This document shows positions 1-9,762 of a stretch of DNA of 64,000 nucleotides, in pieces (the first letter of the stretch is position 1; the number at the start of each line of letters is the position of its first letter). This DNA comes from Verrucomicrobiia bacterium (lineage in GTDB: Bacteria > Verrucomicrobiota > Verrucomicrobiia > Palsa-1439): contig JAJVHY010000001.1 of NCBI GenBank assembly GCA_022072455.1, positions 76,990-140,989 on the forward strand. The letters run 5' to 3'. A program made the position numbers and the translations under genes. The notes below the pieces were generated by a model. That model was not told where the DNA came from. It saw only the letters and a list, made by a program, of their open reading frames with translations, and searched no databases.

Positions 1-1060
1 TGACCGGCTTCTCCAGCAACACGACTTCCCCATCCTGCAGACCAGCCGTGATCTCGCAGAAATTATAATCGGTGGCGCCGACCGTCACGACGCGTCGTTC
101 CGGAACCGTCCCGCGGCGGACATAAACAACTTTCTCCCGACCCTCCGCAAACACCGCTGACACCGGCACCGCCACCGTTCCCACCGCTGTCGCCACCGGA
201 AAAGTCAGGTTGGCATTCATGCCGGGCCGGATCCGGGCATCACCTTGCGTGATCAGCACCTCGACGCTGAAACCTTTGATCCCATTCCGCACCGTCGCGA
301 TGGGCGCAATCAACGTCACCCGCCCCGCCATCTTCGCGTCCACCAATGAATCCACGCGGATTTCCGCCGCCTGGCCCACCGCGATCCGCGTGATATCCAC
401 TTGCGACACATGCGACCGGATTACCAACGCATTCAAATCCGCAAAGGTCATCAACTCCGTCCCCTGCGAAACGCTCGTCGCCCCTGACACCACCTGGCCC
501 TTGCTCACCGGCAACGTCAACACCGTCCCATCAAACGGGGCCAGGATCCGCACCTTCTGCAATTTATCCTCGACCGTCTGCAACCGCCGCTGGGCGCGTT
601 CAAAATCATTCTGCGCGAGATCTTGCGCCGTCTTGGCGTTTTCAAAAACCTCTTTCGAGACGAGATTGCTCGTGAACAATTCCTGGTTGCGAACAAAGTC
701 GCGCCGCGATTTGGCGAGCTGCAATTTCGCCCCCTCAATTTCGGTCTGCGCTCCCTGCTTCTCCGTCAACAAGTCGGTATCATCCAGCGCCAACAACAAC
801 TCCCCCCGTTTGACAACCTGCCCTACCCCGACTTCGATGCGTTGAATCTTGCCGCTCACCTCGGCTTTGACCGCCACTTGATTCGCCGGATTGATTTCGC
901 CGACCGACTCGACCACCACCTTAATATCGCGCCGCTCCGCGCGCACGGAATCGCTGGCCGGCACCGCCGCCTTCGCCCCCGGTGGCTCTCCGCGGCGCAA
1001 CCCCAACCACGCCGCCGCCGCGACGGCGAGCACCGCCACTCCAATCAATACTTTCTTCAT
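1..1060 (-). CDS. Efflux transporter periplasmic adaptor subunit (membrane fusion protein, HlyD/MacA-like). Partial: the C-terminus lies beyond the left window edge.
   Basis: Reverse-strand ATG is at 1058-1060. I translated it as MKKVLIGVAVLAVAAAAWLGLRRGE... (signal/anchor), with a biotinyl-lipoyl-like hairpin (VKAEVSGKIQRIEVGVGQVVKRGELLLALD), a coiled-coil segment, and beta-barrel motifs (ILAPFDGTV, IRPGM). It is open to position 1 in that frame. It is absent from the ORF track because no stop lies inside the window. Confidence 0.7.
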   Translation of the reverse strand, partial: MKKVLIGVAVLAVAAAAWLGLRRGEPPGAKAAVPASDSVRAERRDIKVVVESVGEINPANQVAVKAEVSGKIQRIEVGVGQVVKRGELLLALDDTDLLTEKQGAQTEIEGAKLQLAKSRRDFVRNQELFTSNLVSKEVFENAKTAQDLAQNDFERAQRRLQTVEDKLQKVRILAPFDGTVLTLPVSKGQVVSGATSVSQGTELMTFADLNALVIRSHVSQVDITRIAVGQAAEIRVDSLVDAKMAGRVTLIAPIATVRNGIKGFSVEVLITQGDARIRPGMNANLTFPVATAVGTVAVPVSAVFAEGREKVVYVRRGTVPERRVVTVGATDYNFCEITAGLQDGEVVLLEKPV

Positions 1061-1359
1061 GTCGCACCGACTATAGAAGTGGGTGACGGCCCTGTCCACG
1101 ATTTACCGGTGCCCCTTCAGGCTCAGACTGGTTGCCAAAAGCATTTCCCTAATGGCCGTGCGCTCGCCGCCGCGAAGCTCGCAGAGACACTTCCGCTATT
1201 TTGGCGGAACGCGGCCGAGTGGACGGACGGCGCGGTGCACCGTGCCTTCCAGAGTCAGATTTCGGAAATGACTTTCCGCAATTGACCCGGAGCGTACTGG
1301 GAATTTCTTATTGCCGCGGCGACAAGATTCATCCGGCAGCGCCCTTTCCCAACAGAATC

Positions 1360-4300
1360 TCAAACTCTCTTGCGGCGGCGGGCTATTCCCAGCAGCACGG
1401 CCAATCCGAAACCAACAAGTCCAACCGTGGCCGGTTCGGGGATCAGAATCACGGCGATTTGGTTCCCGTTATAGTCATAATCGACCGTGTACCCCACCGG
1501 CAGGCCATTGGTCACACTGAACGTTCCAAACAAGTTGCCGTAACTCGCAATCACGTACGTCTCCCCCGTCACACCACCGACCGCCGTCAAATCCAGTGTG
1601 GCCCCCGCCAAAGTCAAGTCGCCCACGACGATCAGTTGATCGTTGCCGCCATCGCCGAACTCCGCTTGATACGTCCCGGTCAGCGTCAGATCGTTGCTGA
1701 ACACCAACGTCCCGATGCTCAACCCCGGCGTCAGATTGCCGGCGATGGTGGTGTTGCCCACCACGCTCCCAGTCCCGCGCAACGTGCCGGCAATCGTCTT
1801 CGCGCCCGCGCCGGTCACCACCCCGCTTCGCAGCGTCAACGTCCCGGCCACGTGCAATCCGCTCTGGAAATCCGCCGTCGCGGCCACGATCTCGGCCAGA
1901 CCGTTGTTGGTGAAGTTGCCCGCGATCGCCGCGACCGTGTTGCTGGCGAGGAAGGTGCCCGCGCTGCCTATCGTAATGTCAGCACCGCTGGCGTTGGCGT
2001 AGGCCGTCGGGCCGTTGACCATCACGAGGCGAACGTAGTTCGAGGGACTCCCGGCCACGGTGTCGAAGGTGTAGGTCTGGCTAACCGCGGCCGCGGTGTT
2101 GGAGGCATTGTTCAACTGGAACGTGTTGGCCCCGGCAAACCGAATTTTGCTGATCTGGTTGGCCACAGTGTTGGTCACGTTCGCAACACCTGTCGCGCGG
2201 AAACTGATCGTGCCATCGGTGATCGCGATGTCACCCGGCACTTGCGACGTAATCGTCGGCGCGGCGGTGAACTGATAGGTCGCATTGCGGTTGCTGATGG
2301 TGTTGCCCGTGGTGCCTGCGCCAATGGTCAGACCGGTGGCTTGAAGCACACCACCATCCTTGACCAGTACCGAATTGCTGTTGGCGCCGGCCAAGGCACC
2401 GACGGTTACGCCGGCGACGTACGCCGTGGCGTTGCTGACCAGCAGTTGATTGCCGGTGGCAGCGCTGCCGTTGCCGACGGTCAGGTTGCCGGCGAAGAAC
2501 TCAGCACTGTCCGCGACGGTCACACTGTTCGCCTTCCCCAGTACCCCGACGACGACGGTGCCGCCGTTGCTAAAGACCGAACCGCTGCCGGTCACGAGCA
2601 CACTGTTGTTGCTGCTGTTGACTGAACTGCTGCCCAGCCCGGTGCCGGAGGTCAGATTAATCACCTTGCCGCCATTGCTGACGAGGACGTTATCACCGAT
2701 CACGGTGCCGGTATCGCCCATCCGAATCGCATAGCCCCCCGAGTTACCGGTATTCGTCACGACCGCGCCACCGGTCACGATCAACTCGTTGTCGTAATAC
2801 ACCCCACCGCCGCCGGCCCCGAGTACGGTGTAGGACGCCGTCAACCCGGCATTGTCAGCCACAGTCACGTAGTTGCTGCTGGAAGACAGTCCCAACCACA
2901 GGGCGGTACCCGTTAACTGCGAGCCGGCACCGGTGACGAGAATTGACCCATTTGGTCCCGTGGACGAAGTGTCAAAGTAGCCGGGATAGATCGAGGTCAA
3001 GTAGACTTTCGCCTGATTGCTGATCACCAGCGAAGCGCCCGCGCTGATGGAGGCTAGCCCACCGGTCAAGGTCGAGTTGGGATCCGTGACGAGGATCGTG
3101 TTGGTGCCGGAATAGCGGAGCTGCGTCGCCACCACGTGACCACCGTCGCTGACGACCAGCGCGCCGTTGACACCACTCAGGCTGATCTGACCGGAATTGG
3201 TGAGGATGCCGCCGCCGGTGACGGTCAGGCTGTTGCTGTGCGCGGTGGCACCGTTGCCGATGACGATGGCATAAAAACCGCCCAGGTCCCACATGCCATT
3301 GGCAGTGACGAGGACGCGATTACTCGATCCGCCGTTACCGATGTAGCTGGTGCCGGCCGAGCCGCCGCTCTGGTTCTTCAGCGTGGCGTTGGTAATGGTC
3401 ATCGTATTATAGCTCGCGCCCGCAGCCGCGCCGATGGACATGGCGGCAATGCCATACTGATTGCTGGTGGTCAGGGTACTCGCCAACCCCGCGCTGCCAA
3501 GTGTGAGGCTGTTGCTGTTGGCCCCGCTGGAGTTGCCGACGATCACCGGGCTGTTCGCAAAGTACCGGCCACCGTCTTCGATGGTCACGGAGTTGTACTT
3601 GGCGCCACCAGACGAACCAATGTACAGCGAACTACCCCAGACATTCGCATTGCTCCACACCGACCCGCTGCCGGTAACGATAACCCGGTTGCTCTGGCCA
3701 CCGCTGCCCCCGACGATCATAATCCCGTCGTTCGCACCGGTCCCGCCGACAGTGACGAGGGCGCCGCTGTTGCTGATGATGATGCTGTTGCCACGGGTGC
3801 CGCCAGACCCAACGCCGAACCCATAGCCCGCCCCTGCCCCACCGCCGTGGAGGGCGTTCGACCAAACGGAGCCGGGATCGGTCACGAGCACCGTGTTGCT
3901 GCCGCCGAAGGCCCCGACCTGTGATGTCCCGCTCCGCATCAGAACCGATCCGCCGTCGGCAATGGTCATCTGGTTGCTGATGCCAGATCCATAACCAACT
4001 GTAAACGCCGTGCTGAAGGCCGCGCTGCTTTTCAGGACGGACCCGGTCCCGGTCACCGTCAACGTGTTGTTGCTGCCGGCGCCAAAACCGAGGTTAAAAG
4101 TGCCGGCACCACTATCCCGCATCGCCACCACCCCGCCATTGGTGATCAGGAGCGAGCTGTACGAACCGTTTTGCGCTCCGCCCCCCGTGCCGCCCCCAAC
4201 CGATGCCCAATAGATGTTACTCATCACGCCACCGTTGACGGTAAGCGAATTACTGATCGCGGTGAGGCCGTCGCTGCCAATGACCAGGAACGTCGCCAAA

Positions 4301-5301
4301 TCGCCGCGCAAATTCCACGTGGTGTTCGCCAGGACGGTCACCGAGTTGTTTGTCGCGCCAAACAGCGCGTTGCCATTATTGCCAATGTTAAGACCGCTGC
4401 TCCAGAGGTTGGCGTTGGTGACAACCATGGAGTTGTCACTGCCCCCACCTTTGCCGACGTTGACTGCGCCGTTGGAGACGGTGACCGCCGCGCCACTACC
4501 GCCGACGGTGTAATAGTTGTTACTGGCACCGGGCGCATTGCCGATCGTGATCGCCCCGCTTTGGAAGCTGCTGCCATCGCGAATCACCAACCCATTGCCG
4601 CGGGAGGCCCCGCTATTGCCGATCGTCACCGCCCCAATATTGGTGACGTTCGCCCCGGCCGTGATGGTTAAGCTATTCCCGGTAGCGGCCCCGGTGCCGA
4701 TGGTCAGCGCTTGATTGTTCAGTGACCAAACTCCGCCCAGACCGGGTCCGCTGAGGCTGCTGACGGTGGCATTGACGTTGGAGCTGCCATTGCCAATGGT
4801 CAATGCGCCCCCACTGAAAAGTTGACCGCCCTCGTTGAGGTAAATCGCGCCGTTGTTGCCGAGCCACGTGAACGAGGTGATGCCGGTGACCACACCGCCA
4901 TTGTCAACCTGCAACCGGCCGCCACTGCCCATCACGAAAGTGGTGTTCGTCAGGATTACGCCGGTCCCAGCCGTGTTATTCGTGACGATCAACCACGCGG
5001 CACCCAGCGCATTGGAAATGGCCAGTGTGCTGATTGTGGCTGTCAGCGACGAATCAAGAATGGTGGCAGCCGAGCCGCTAAACTGATTGGTCAGATAAGC
5101 CGCGTCAATACCAGCACTGCCGGGATAGGTGCTGACCGGTTGCCCCCAGAGAATGCCATTGGTCCAATACCCGGTCGAATCCGCGACGGTGTTTGTCCAA
5201 CTATAGGAAACCGCCTGCACTGGCAGCGCAAGAGCGAACATCGCCCCACAAATCAGCGCGAGTATCAAGCGACGTGTCCGCTGTAAATAAGTCTTCAACA
5301 T
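1360..5301 (-). CDS. Giant secreted beta-helical repeat protein with a C-terminal PEP-CTERM sorting signal (putative exosortase substrate; adhesin-like).
   Basis: The track ORF is 1360..5337. The likely start is the internal Met at 5299-5301 (MLKTYLQRTRRLILALICGAMFALALPVQA reads as a signal peptide). It has hundreds of Gly/Thr/Asn/Ser-rich beta-strand repeats. The C-terminus is ...DYDYNGNQIAVILIPEPATVGLVGFGLAVLLGIARRRKRV, i.e. PEP motif, TM helix and Arg cluster. Confidence 0.85.
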   Translation of the reverse strand: MLKTYLQRTRRLILALICGAMFALALPVQAVSYSWTNTVADSTGYWTNGILWGQPVSTYPGSAGIDAAYLTNQFSGSAATILDSSLTATISTLAISNALGAAWLIVTNNTAGTGVILTNTTFVMGSGGRLQVDNGGVVTGITSFTWLGNNGAIYLNEGGQLFSGGALTIGNGSSNVNATVSSLSGPGLGGVWSLNNQALTIGTGAATGNSLTITAGANVTNIGAVTIGNSGASRGNGLVIRDGSSFQSGAITIGNAPGASNNYYTVGGSGAAVTVSNGAVNVGKGGGSDNSMVVTNANLWSSGLNIGNNGNALFGATNNSVTVLANTTWNLRGDLATFLVIGSDGLTAISNSLTVNGGVMSNIYWASVGGGTGGGAQNGSYSSLLITNGGVVAMRDSGAGTFNLGFGAGSNNTLTVTGTGSVLKSSAAFSTAFTVGYGSGISNQMTIADGGSVLMRSGTSQVGAFGGSNTVLVTDPGSVWSNALHGGGAGAGYGFGVGSGGTRGNSIIISNSGALVTVGGTGANDGIMIVGGSGGQSNRVIVTGSGSVWSNANVWGSSLYIGSSGGAKYNSVTIEDGGRYFANSPVIVGNSSGANSNSLTLGSAGLASTLTTSNQYGIAAMSIGAAAGASYNTMTITNATLKNQSGGSAGTSYIGNGGSSNRVLVTANGMWDLGGFYAIVIGNGATAHSNSLTVTGGGILTNSGQISLSGVNGALVVSDGGHVVATQLRYSGTNTILVTDPNSTLTGGLASISAGASLVISNQAKVYLTSIYPGYFDTSSTGPNGSILVTGAGSQLTGTALWLGLSSSSNYVTVADNAGLTASYTVLGAGGGGVYYDNELIVTGGAVVTNTGNSGGYAIRMGDTGTVIGDNVLVSNGGKVINLTSGTGLGSSSVNSSNNSVLVTGSGSVFSNGGTVVVGVLGKANSVTVADSAEFFAGNLTVGNGSAATGNQLLVSNATAYVAGVTVGALAGANSNSVLVKDGGVLQATGLTIGAGTTGNTISNRNATYQFTAAPTITSQVPGDIAITDGTISFRATGVANVTNTVANQISKIRFAGANTFQLNNASNTAAAVSQTYTFDTVAGSPSNYVRLVMVNGPTAYANASGADITIGSAGTFLASNTVAAIAGNFTNNGLAEIVAATADFQSGLHVAGTLTLRSGVVTGAGAKTIAGTLRGTGSVVGNTTIAGNLTPGLSIGTLVFSNDLTLTGTYQAEFGDGGNDQLIVVGDLTLAGATLDLTAVGGVTGETYVIASYGNLFGTFSVTNGLPVGYTVDYDYNGNQIAVILIPEPATVGLVGFGLAVLLGIARRRKRV
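1435..1953. repeat. 519-bp segment that is nucleotide-identical to 5452..5970 (copy A; 3' coding end of PEP-CTERM gene 1).
   Basis: Direct line-by-line comparison of the two regions shows no mismatch (offset 4017 bp). This also explains the identical spurious plus-strand ORFs 1694..2002 and 5711..5974. Confidence 0.9.
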
Positions 5302-5373
5302 CTGTTGTGTCTCCCTCTCCTCATGACCGCACCTCAATCGGAACAGGACAATACCCCGCCCAACAACACAAGT

Positions 5374-8300
5374 CTACACCCGCATCCGCCGGAAATGACA
5401 AAATATCCCGAGCACGACAAGCCCCAGGACGACCAAAGCCAGCGCACCGGGTTCGGGGATCAGAATCACGGCGATTTGGTTCCCGTTATAGTCATAATCG
5501 ACCGTGTACCCCACCGGCAGGCCATTGGTCACACTGAACGTTCCAAACAAGTTGCCGTAACTCGCAATCACGTACGTCTCCCCCGTCACACCACCGACCG
5601 CCGTCAAATCCAGTGTGGCCCCCGCCAAAGTCAAGTCGCCCACGACGATCAGTTGATCGTTGCCGCCATCGCCGAACTCCGCTTGATACGTCCCGGTCAG
5701 CGTCAGATCGTTGCTGAACACCAACGTCCCGATGCTCAACCCCGGCGTCAGATTGCCGGCGATGGTGGTGTTGCCCACCACGCTCCCAGTCCCGCGCAAC
5801 GTGCCGGCAATCGTCTTCGCGCCCGCGCCGGTCACCACCCCGCTTCGCAGCGTCAACGTCCCGGCCACGTGCAATCCGCTCTGGAAATCCGCCGTCGCGG
5901 CCACGATCTCGGCCAGACCGTTGTTGGTGAAGTTGCCCGCGATCGCCGCGACCGTGTTGCTGGCGAGGAACTGACCACCCGCCCCAATCGTCACGCCGCC
6001 GTTCCGATATGCCGTGTGCCCGTTGACCATCTCCAACCGCGCGTAATTCGTCGCGCCCAAACCGGTATCGAATGTGTAGGACTGTCCAAACAACGTCGTG
6101 TTCGATGCCGCATTGAGCCGAAACGCATTTGCGCCGGCAAAGCTGATGTTCGAGAGTTGATTGCCACCGCCCCAGTTGGCGTAGACGTTGGCGTTGGTGA
6201 TCGCGCGGAAACTGATGACGCCATCGGTCAGCGCAATCTGGCCGGCCCCGTTGGGCGCAACGGTCGGCGCGTTGGTCGTGAACTGGAACGTGCCGGCAAG
6301 GTTGCTGATGGTGTTGCCGGTACTGCCAAAGAAATTACTCAACAAGTTGGCTTCGAGCAGACCGCCCGACACCAACAATGAGTTCCCCACCGCGCCGGCG
6401 CTGCCGACGACAACGTTGCTGCCATAATACGCGGCCCCGGCATTCACGAGAAGTTGGTTATCGGTCGCACCGTTCGCGCCAACGGTCGTCACGCGCACAT
6501 TCGTAACAACCACGCCGGAACCGAGGGTGAACAGATTGGATTGCGCCAAACCGTTGCCGACCGCGATATTACCGGCGCGGAGATTCCAGAGGACTGCGCC
6601 TTGCGCCGCGACAGCGTTGTTCGACGAACCACTGCCGACCTGCAAGCCCCCGGTCGCCAGCAACGCATTGGATGCCGTCAGCGAATTCTGGCTGCCGCCT
6701 AACGCGCCGATGGTCAACAGCGCGACGTTGGAGAACACGCTGACGGTCTCGCCGCCGATCACTTGCAAACTGTTGTTACTCGCGCTCCGCCCCGTGCCCA
6801 CCGTCACGGCACCAATGCCAATATAGGCGCCGCCGTTGGCGATCGTCAGCCGATTGCCGATGGTGTTGGTCATCCCAATGATGAATGTGCCGGTATTGGT
6901 CACCACCGAGCCGGCATCGGTCACGGTAACCGAGTTGTACCGGTTCACCGGGCCGGTACTGGTGCCGGTATTGGTGTAGCCATTACCAGCGAGGATGCCG
7001 CCGGTCTGCCACAAGCCGCCATTGGTGACGATGACTTGCATGTAGTTGTTGTTCGAGAACGCCGGGTTGCCGGATTCGCCGCCCAGGAACGCCATGCCGG
7101 TATTGATCCAGCGCGAACCGGGATCGGTCACGGTGATGGTGTTGCTGTTGACGCCGTAGAGCGGATTGGCGCCGGCCCGGCGGCCCATGTACGTATCAGT
7201 GCTGAAGACAGCGCCGCCATTTTCAATCAGTAACTTGCTTCGGGCACTGGCCCCGTTTACGCCCAAGCCGAGTTGCAGACTGCGGTCGCCGGTCACCCGC
7301 AGCACCGAATCGGTGCCGGTCACAATCGTGAACGCGCCGTCGCCCCGATCGCCGATCAGATAACCGCCATTGACGACCGAGCCGGCGAACAACACGCCGC
7401 CGTTACTGACAATCACCCCGCTGCCGCCATCAATTCCAAACTGGAAGTACCACTGCGTATTTGCAAAGTAATTCGACCAGACCGAGCCGGCCCCACTCAC
7501 GAGCGCAGTGACCGTGTTGGCAGCCGTGCTGCCCAGCATGACGGCCTTCGCGACGAGTTGACCGCTGTTGAGCACGTCGAGCCGTGCGCCGTTGCCGGTA
7601 AGATTGAGGTTGCTGGCGTTGGTGAAGACTGAACCGGGGCCGTCCACGAGAATTCTGCCATTGGCACCGACCGAAGCATTGCCGGTGGTGCTGTTAAAAA
7701 GTTTCGCGCCGTTGCTGACGACAATCGAGCCTCCCGCGCCGATGGCGAATGAACTTAAGCTGCTGGCAGTGGTCGCCACCAGGTTGGAACCGCCGAGCAT
7801 CACCCACTGGCCGCCGACGGTGAACGACCGATTCGACGCCACCAGAATCTGCGCCGCCAACGCCGTTGGCGCGTTGCTGGTGATCAACGTGCCGGCGTTG
7901 AAGTTGAAATGCGAGTTAGTGACCCCACCCGCGACGTTGTTGGTCACCAGCAGTTGATCCACTGCCAGCGTGCTGCCGGCATTCAGCGTCAACGTCCCCA
8001 ACCCGGTCGCCCCCACCACCAACCGCGCCGTGGTGGCCGCGTTGGTCACGGTTAATGCGGCCCCGCTGTCCAACTGCAACGCACCCACACCGCCGATCCA
8101 CACGTCGTCGGACGCCGTATTCACAAACGCGCCATTGCCCACCACGAGGGTGCCGTTGAGGCTCGTCACCCCGGCCTGTGTGTTCGTCAATCCATTCCGC
8201 ACCACGACCAGCCCGCCGGCAAACGCCAACTGCGCGCCGATATCGAGTGTGACCCCCTCGTTAAAGACCAGTGCCGCGCCCGGCCCGGCTCGGAACAAGC

Positions 8301-9420
8301 CCGCCCCCGAGACCGGCCCCGCCAACACCAACCGCGCCGCATTCGTCGCCAGCATCAACCCGTCGTTGACGATCCCGGTCGCCGCCACGACGAACACCCC
8401 GGTATTCGTCGCGACCACCGTCCCGTCATTCCGAAACGCGCCGGCCGTGACCTGATTGGTCCCGACCGCGCTCGTGCTCTCCCCGACCAACTGCCCGGCA
8501 TTGATCACATCTCCGGCCGTCGTCAACCAGTTCCGCAACCCGCCGCTGCTGCTCGTGTTCACCAGATAAATCGTGCCGGCGCTATTATTCGTGACCGCCG
8601 CCCCCGCGCCGCTGCCGGTCACACTCAAAATGTTCGTCACCCCCACTGCCGTCGTCGCATTGGAGATCGTGACCAGGCCGGCATTGACCAACTGGTTGGA
8701 AAAAACAGCGACGCGCGTATTGTTCGCGACGCCCCCGGCCACAAACGTGTGGATGGTCCCGGTATTGTAGAACGCATTCAAGCCACCGGCACCCGTGCCC
8801 ACCTGCACCACCAACCCGGTATCCCCCGCCGCTCCGGCATTGCTCAACAAAAACCGGATCGTCCCGGCATTGGTGACTTGCCGGCTGCTCGACCCGCTCG
8901 CCAACAGCAACCGCGCAAACCCACTCGCCGCGCCGTTGGTGATGTACGTCTCCGCCCCGTTGACGAATTCCCCCGCCACGTTCAACGTGCTCACCCCGGT
9001 GCCGCTGTTGAAACTCAGCGCCGCGTTGTCCACCATCGTCAGCGCGCCGTTCGAAAACGTGCCCACCGATCCCTGTGTGCCGATTCCAAACTGCACCACC
9101 GAATTGCTCCCCAACCAAGTCGCCCCCGTCACCCGGTACACATTGTTACTCAACAACAACGTGTGCTTCACGTTACCGGCAACACTGTTGGAAATGACGA
9201 GCGTGGCGTTCGTCGTCGTCAGCATGTTGTTGGTGATGATGATGAACGCAGAAATCGCGTTGGTGATGAACACATCATCCGCCGCCGTCGGCACCGAGCC
9301 CAATGACCAAGCCGTCGCGGTATTGCTGTAAAGCCGACTGACCGTACCCGTCCAAGAATTATTGCCAAGAACCGCCGGTGTGAACAGAACCGCCGCCACA
9401 AGTCCAAGAAGATAACGCAT
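5374..9420 (-). CDS. Giant secreted beta-helical repeat protein with a C-terminal PEP-CTERM sorting signal. Tandem paralog of 1360..5301.
   Basis: N-terminal signal peptide MRYLLGLVAAVLFTPAVLG. Same repeat architecture as the upstream paralog. The C-terminus ...IPEPGALALVVLGLVVLGIFCHFRRMRV is a PEP-CTERM. The last ~330 aa are near-identical to the paralog. Confidence 0.85.
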   Translation of the reverse strand: MRYLLGLVAAVLFTPAVLGNNSWTGTVSRLYSNTATAWSLGSVPTAADDVFITNAISAFIIITNNMLTTTNATLVISNSVAGNVKHTLLLSNNVYRVTGATWLGSNSVVQFGIGTQGSVGTFSNGALTMVDNAALSFNSGTGVSTLNVAGEFVNGAETYITNGAASGFARLLLASGSSSRQVTNAGTIRFLLSNAGAAGDTGLVVQVGTGAGGLNAFYNTGTIHTFVAGGVANNTRVAVFSNQLVNAGLVTISNATTAVGVTNILSVTGSGAGAAVTNNSAGTIYLVNTSSSGGLRNWLTTAGDVINAGQLVGESTSAVGTNQVTAGAFRNDGTVVATNTGVFVVAATGIVNDGLMLATNAARLVLAGPVSGAGLFRAGPGAALVFNEGVTLDIGAQLAFAGGLVVVRNGLTNTQAGVTSLNGTLVVGNGAFVNTASDDVWIGGVGALQLDSGAALTVTNAATTARLVVGATGLGTLTLNAGSTLAVDQLLVTNNVAGGVTNSHFNFNAGTLITSNAPTALAAQILVASNRSFTVGGQWVMLGGSNLVATTASSLSSFAIGAGGSIVVSNGAKLFNSTTGNASVGANGRILVDGPGSVFTNASNLNLTGNGARLDVLNSGQLVAKAVMLGSTAANTVTALVSGAGSVWSNYFANTQWYFQFGIDGGSGVIVSNGGVLFAGSVVNGGYLIGDRGDGAFTIVTGTDSVLRVTGDRSLQLGLGVNGASARSKLLIENGGAVFSTDTYMGRRAGANPLYGVNSNTITVTDPGSRWINTGMAFLGGESGNPAFSNNNYMQVIVTNGGLWQTGGILAGNGYTNTGTSTGPVNRYNSVTVTDAGSVVTNTGTFIIGMTNTIGNRLTIANGGAYIGIGAVTVGTGRSASNNSLQVIGGETVSVFSNVALLTIGALGGSQNSLTASNALLATGGLQVGSGSSNNAVAAQGAVLWNLRAGNIAVGNGLAQSNLFTLGSGVVVTNVRVTTVGANGATDNQLLVNAGAAYYGSNVVVGSAGAVGNSLLVSGGLLEANLLSNFFGSTGNTISNLAGTFQFTTNAPTVAPNGAGQIALTDGVISFRAITNANVYANWGGGNQLSNISFAGANAFRLNAASNTTLFGQSYTFDTGLGATNYARLEMVNGHTAYRNGGVTIGAGGQFLASNTVAAIAGNFTNNGLAEIVAATADFQSGLHVAGTLTLRSGVVTGAGAKTIAGTLRGTGSVVGNTTIAGNLTPGLSIGTLVFSNDLTLTGTYQAEFGDGGNDQLIVVGDLTLAGATLDLTAVGGVTGETYVIASYGNLFGTFSVTNGLPVGYTVDYDYNGNQIAVILIPEPGALALVVLGLVVLGIFCHFRRMRV
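5452..5970. repeat. 519-bp segment that is nucleotide-identical to 1435..1953 (copy B; 3' coding end of PEP-CTERM gene 2).
   Basis: Same comparison as copy A. The copies diverge immediately outside these coordinates (ccggttcgggg vs ccgggttcgggg on the left; gaaggtgcc vs gaactgacc on the right). Confidence 0.9.
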
Positions 9421-9762
9421 TTTACGAGAAAAAAGCCCCTTTCATATACCTCGTCTCACACAATGATAAAATATCTACGTCGCGCACCCGGGCATGTCAA
9501 GCCAAACGGGCCACGTCCGAAGATCAACCAGAACGGTTCCCCTCCAAAGTGGAACTGTGTTTCAAGTACGAACGCGAGAATAGCTTCTAAACACTGGAAG
9601 AGATTCTCGCCGATGCTTTCGGCGTAGACATTGCGGAGGATTTTCCGTGCCTCATTTCCTGAAGTGTTATTTTGGCGATGTCGCTGGTTGGGACTACCCG
9701 CCGGGGGGTTCAAAGGCCGGCTAGATTCATCGAAATCTCCGACGACATCAAAATGTGAGCGG
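9421..9762 (-). promoter_or_regulatory. Long (~340 bp), comparatively AT-richer leader/promoter region upstream of PEP-CTERM gene 2.
   Basis: Intergenic region between the rhomboid-like stop (TAA at 9763-9765, reverse strand) and the gene-2 ATG (9418-9420). No convincing ORF; the small ORF 9456..9713 (-) was rejected. Confidence 0.3.

Noticed and set aside
210-1285. Plus-strand ORFs 210..845 and 623..1285 at the left edge.
   Set aside because: They overlap the reverse-strand membrane-fusion-protein gene. That gene has a clear lipoyl-hairpin/beta-barrel architecture, and it is missing from the track only because its stop is outside the window.
1201-2625. 474-aa plus-strand ORF (and the similar 5305..6381, 1694..2002 and 5711..5974 ORFs) lying antisense to the PEP-CTERM genes.
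   Set aside because: Arg/Gly/His/Asp-rich, low-complexity translation typical of the antisense of a high-GC gene. The identical sub-ORFs simply mirror the 519-bp repeat. The opposite strand has a coherent signal peptide, repeats and a PEP-CTERM.
9456-9713. 85-aa minus-strand ORF in the long intergenic leader.
   Set aside because: No codon bias and no motif. It lies in an AT-richer non-coding region, so it was treated as part of the leader/promoter rather than a gene.
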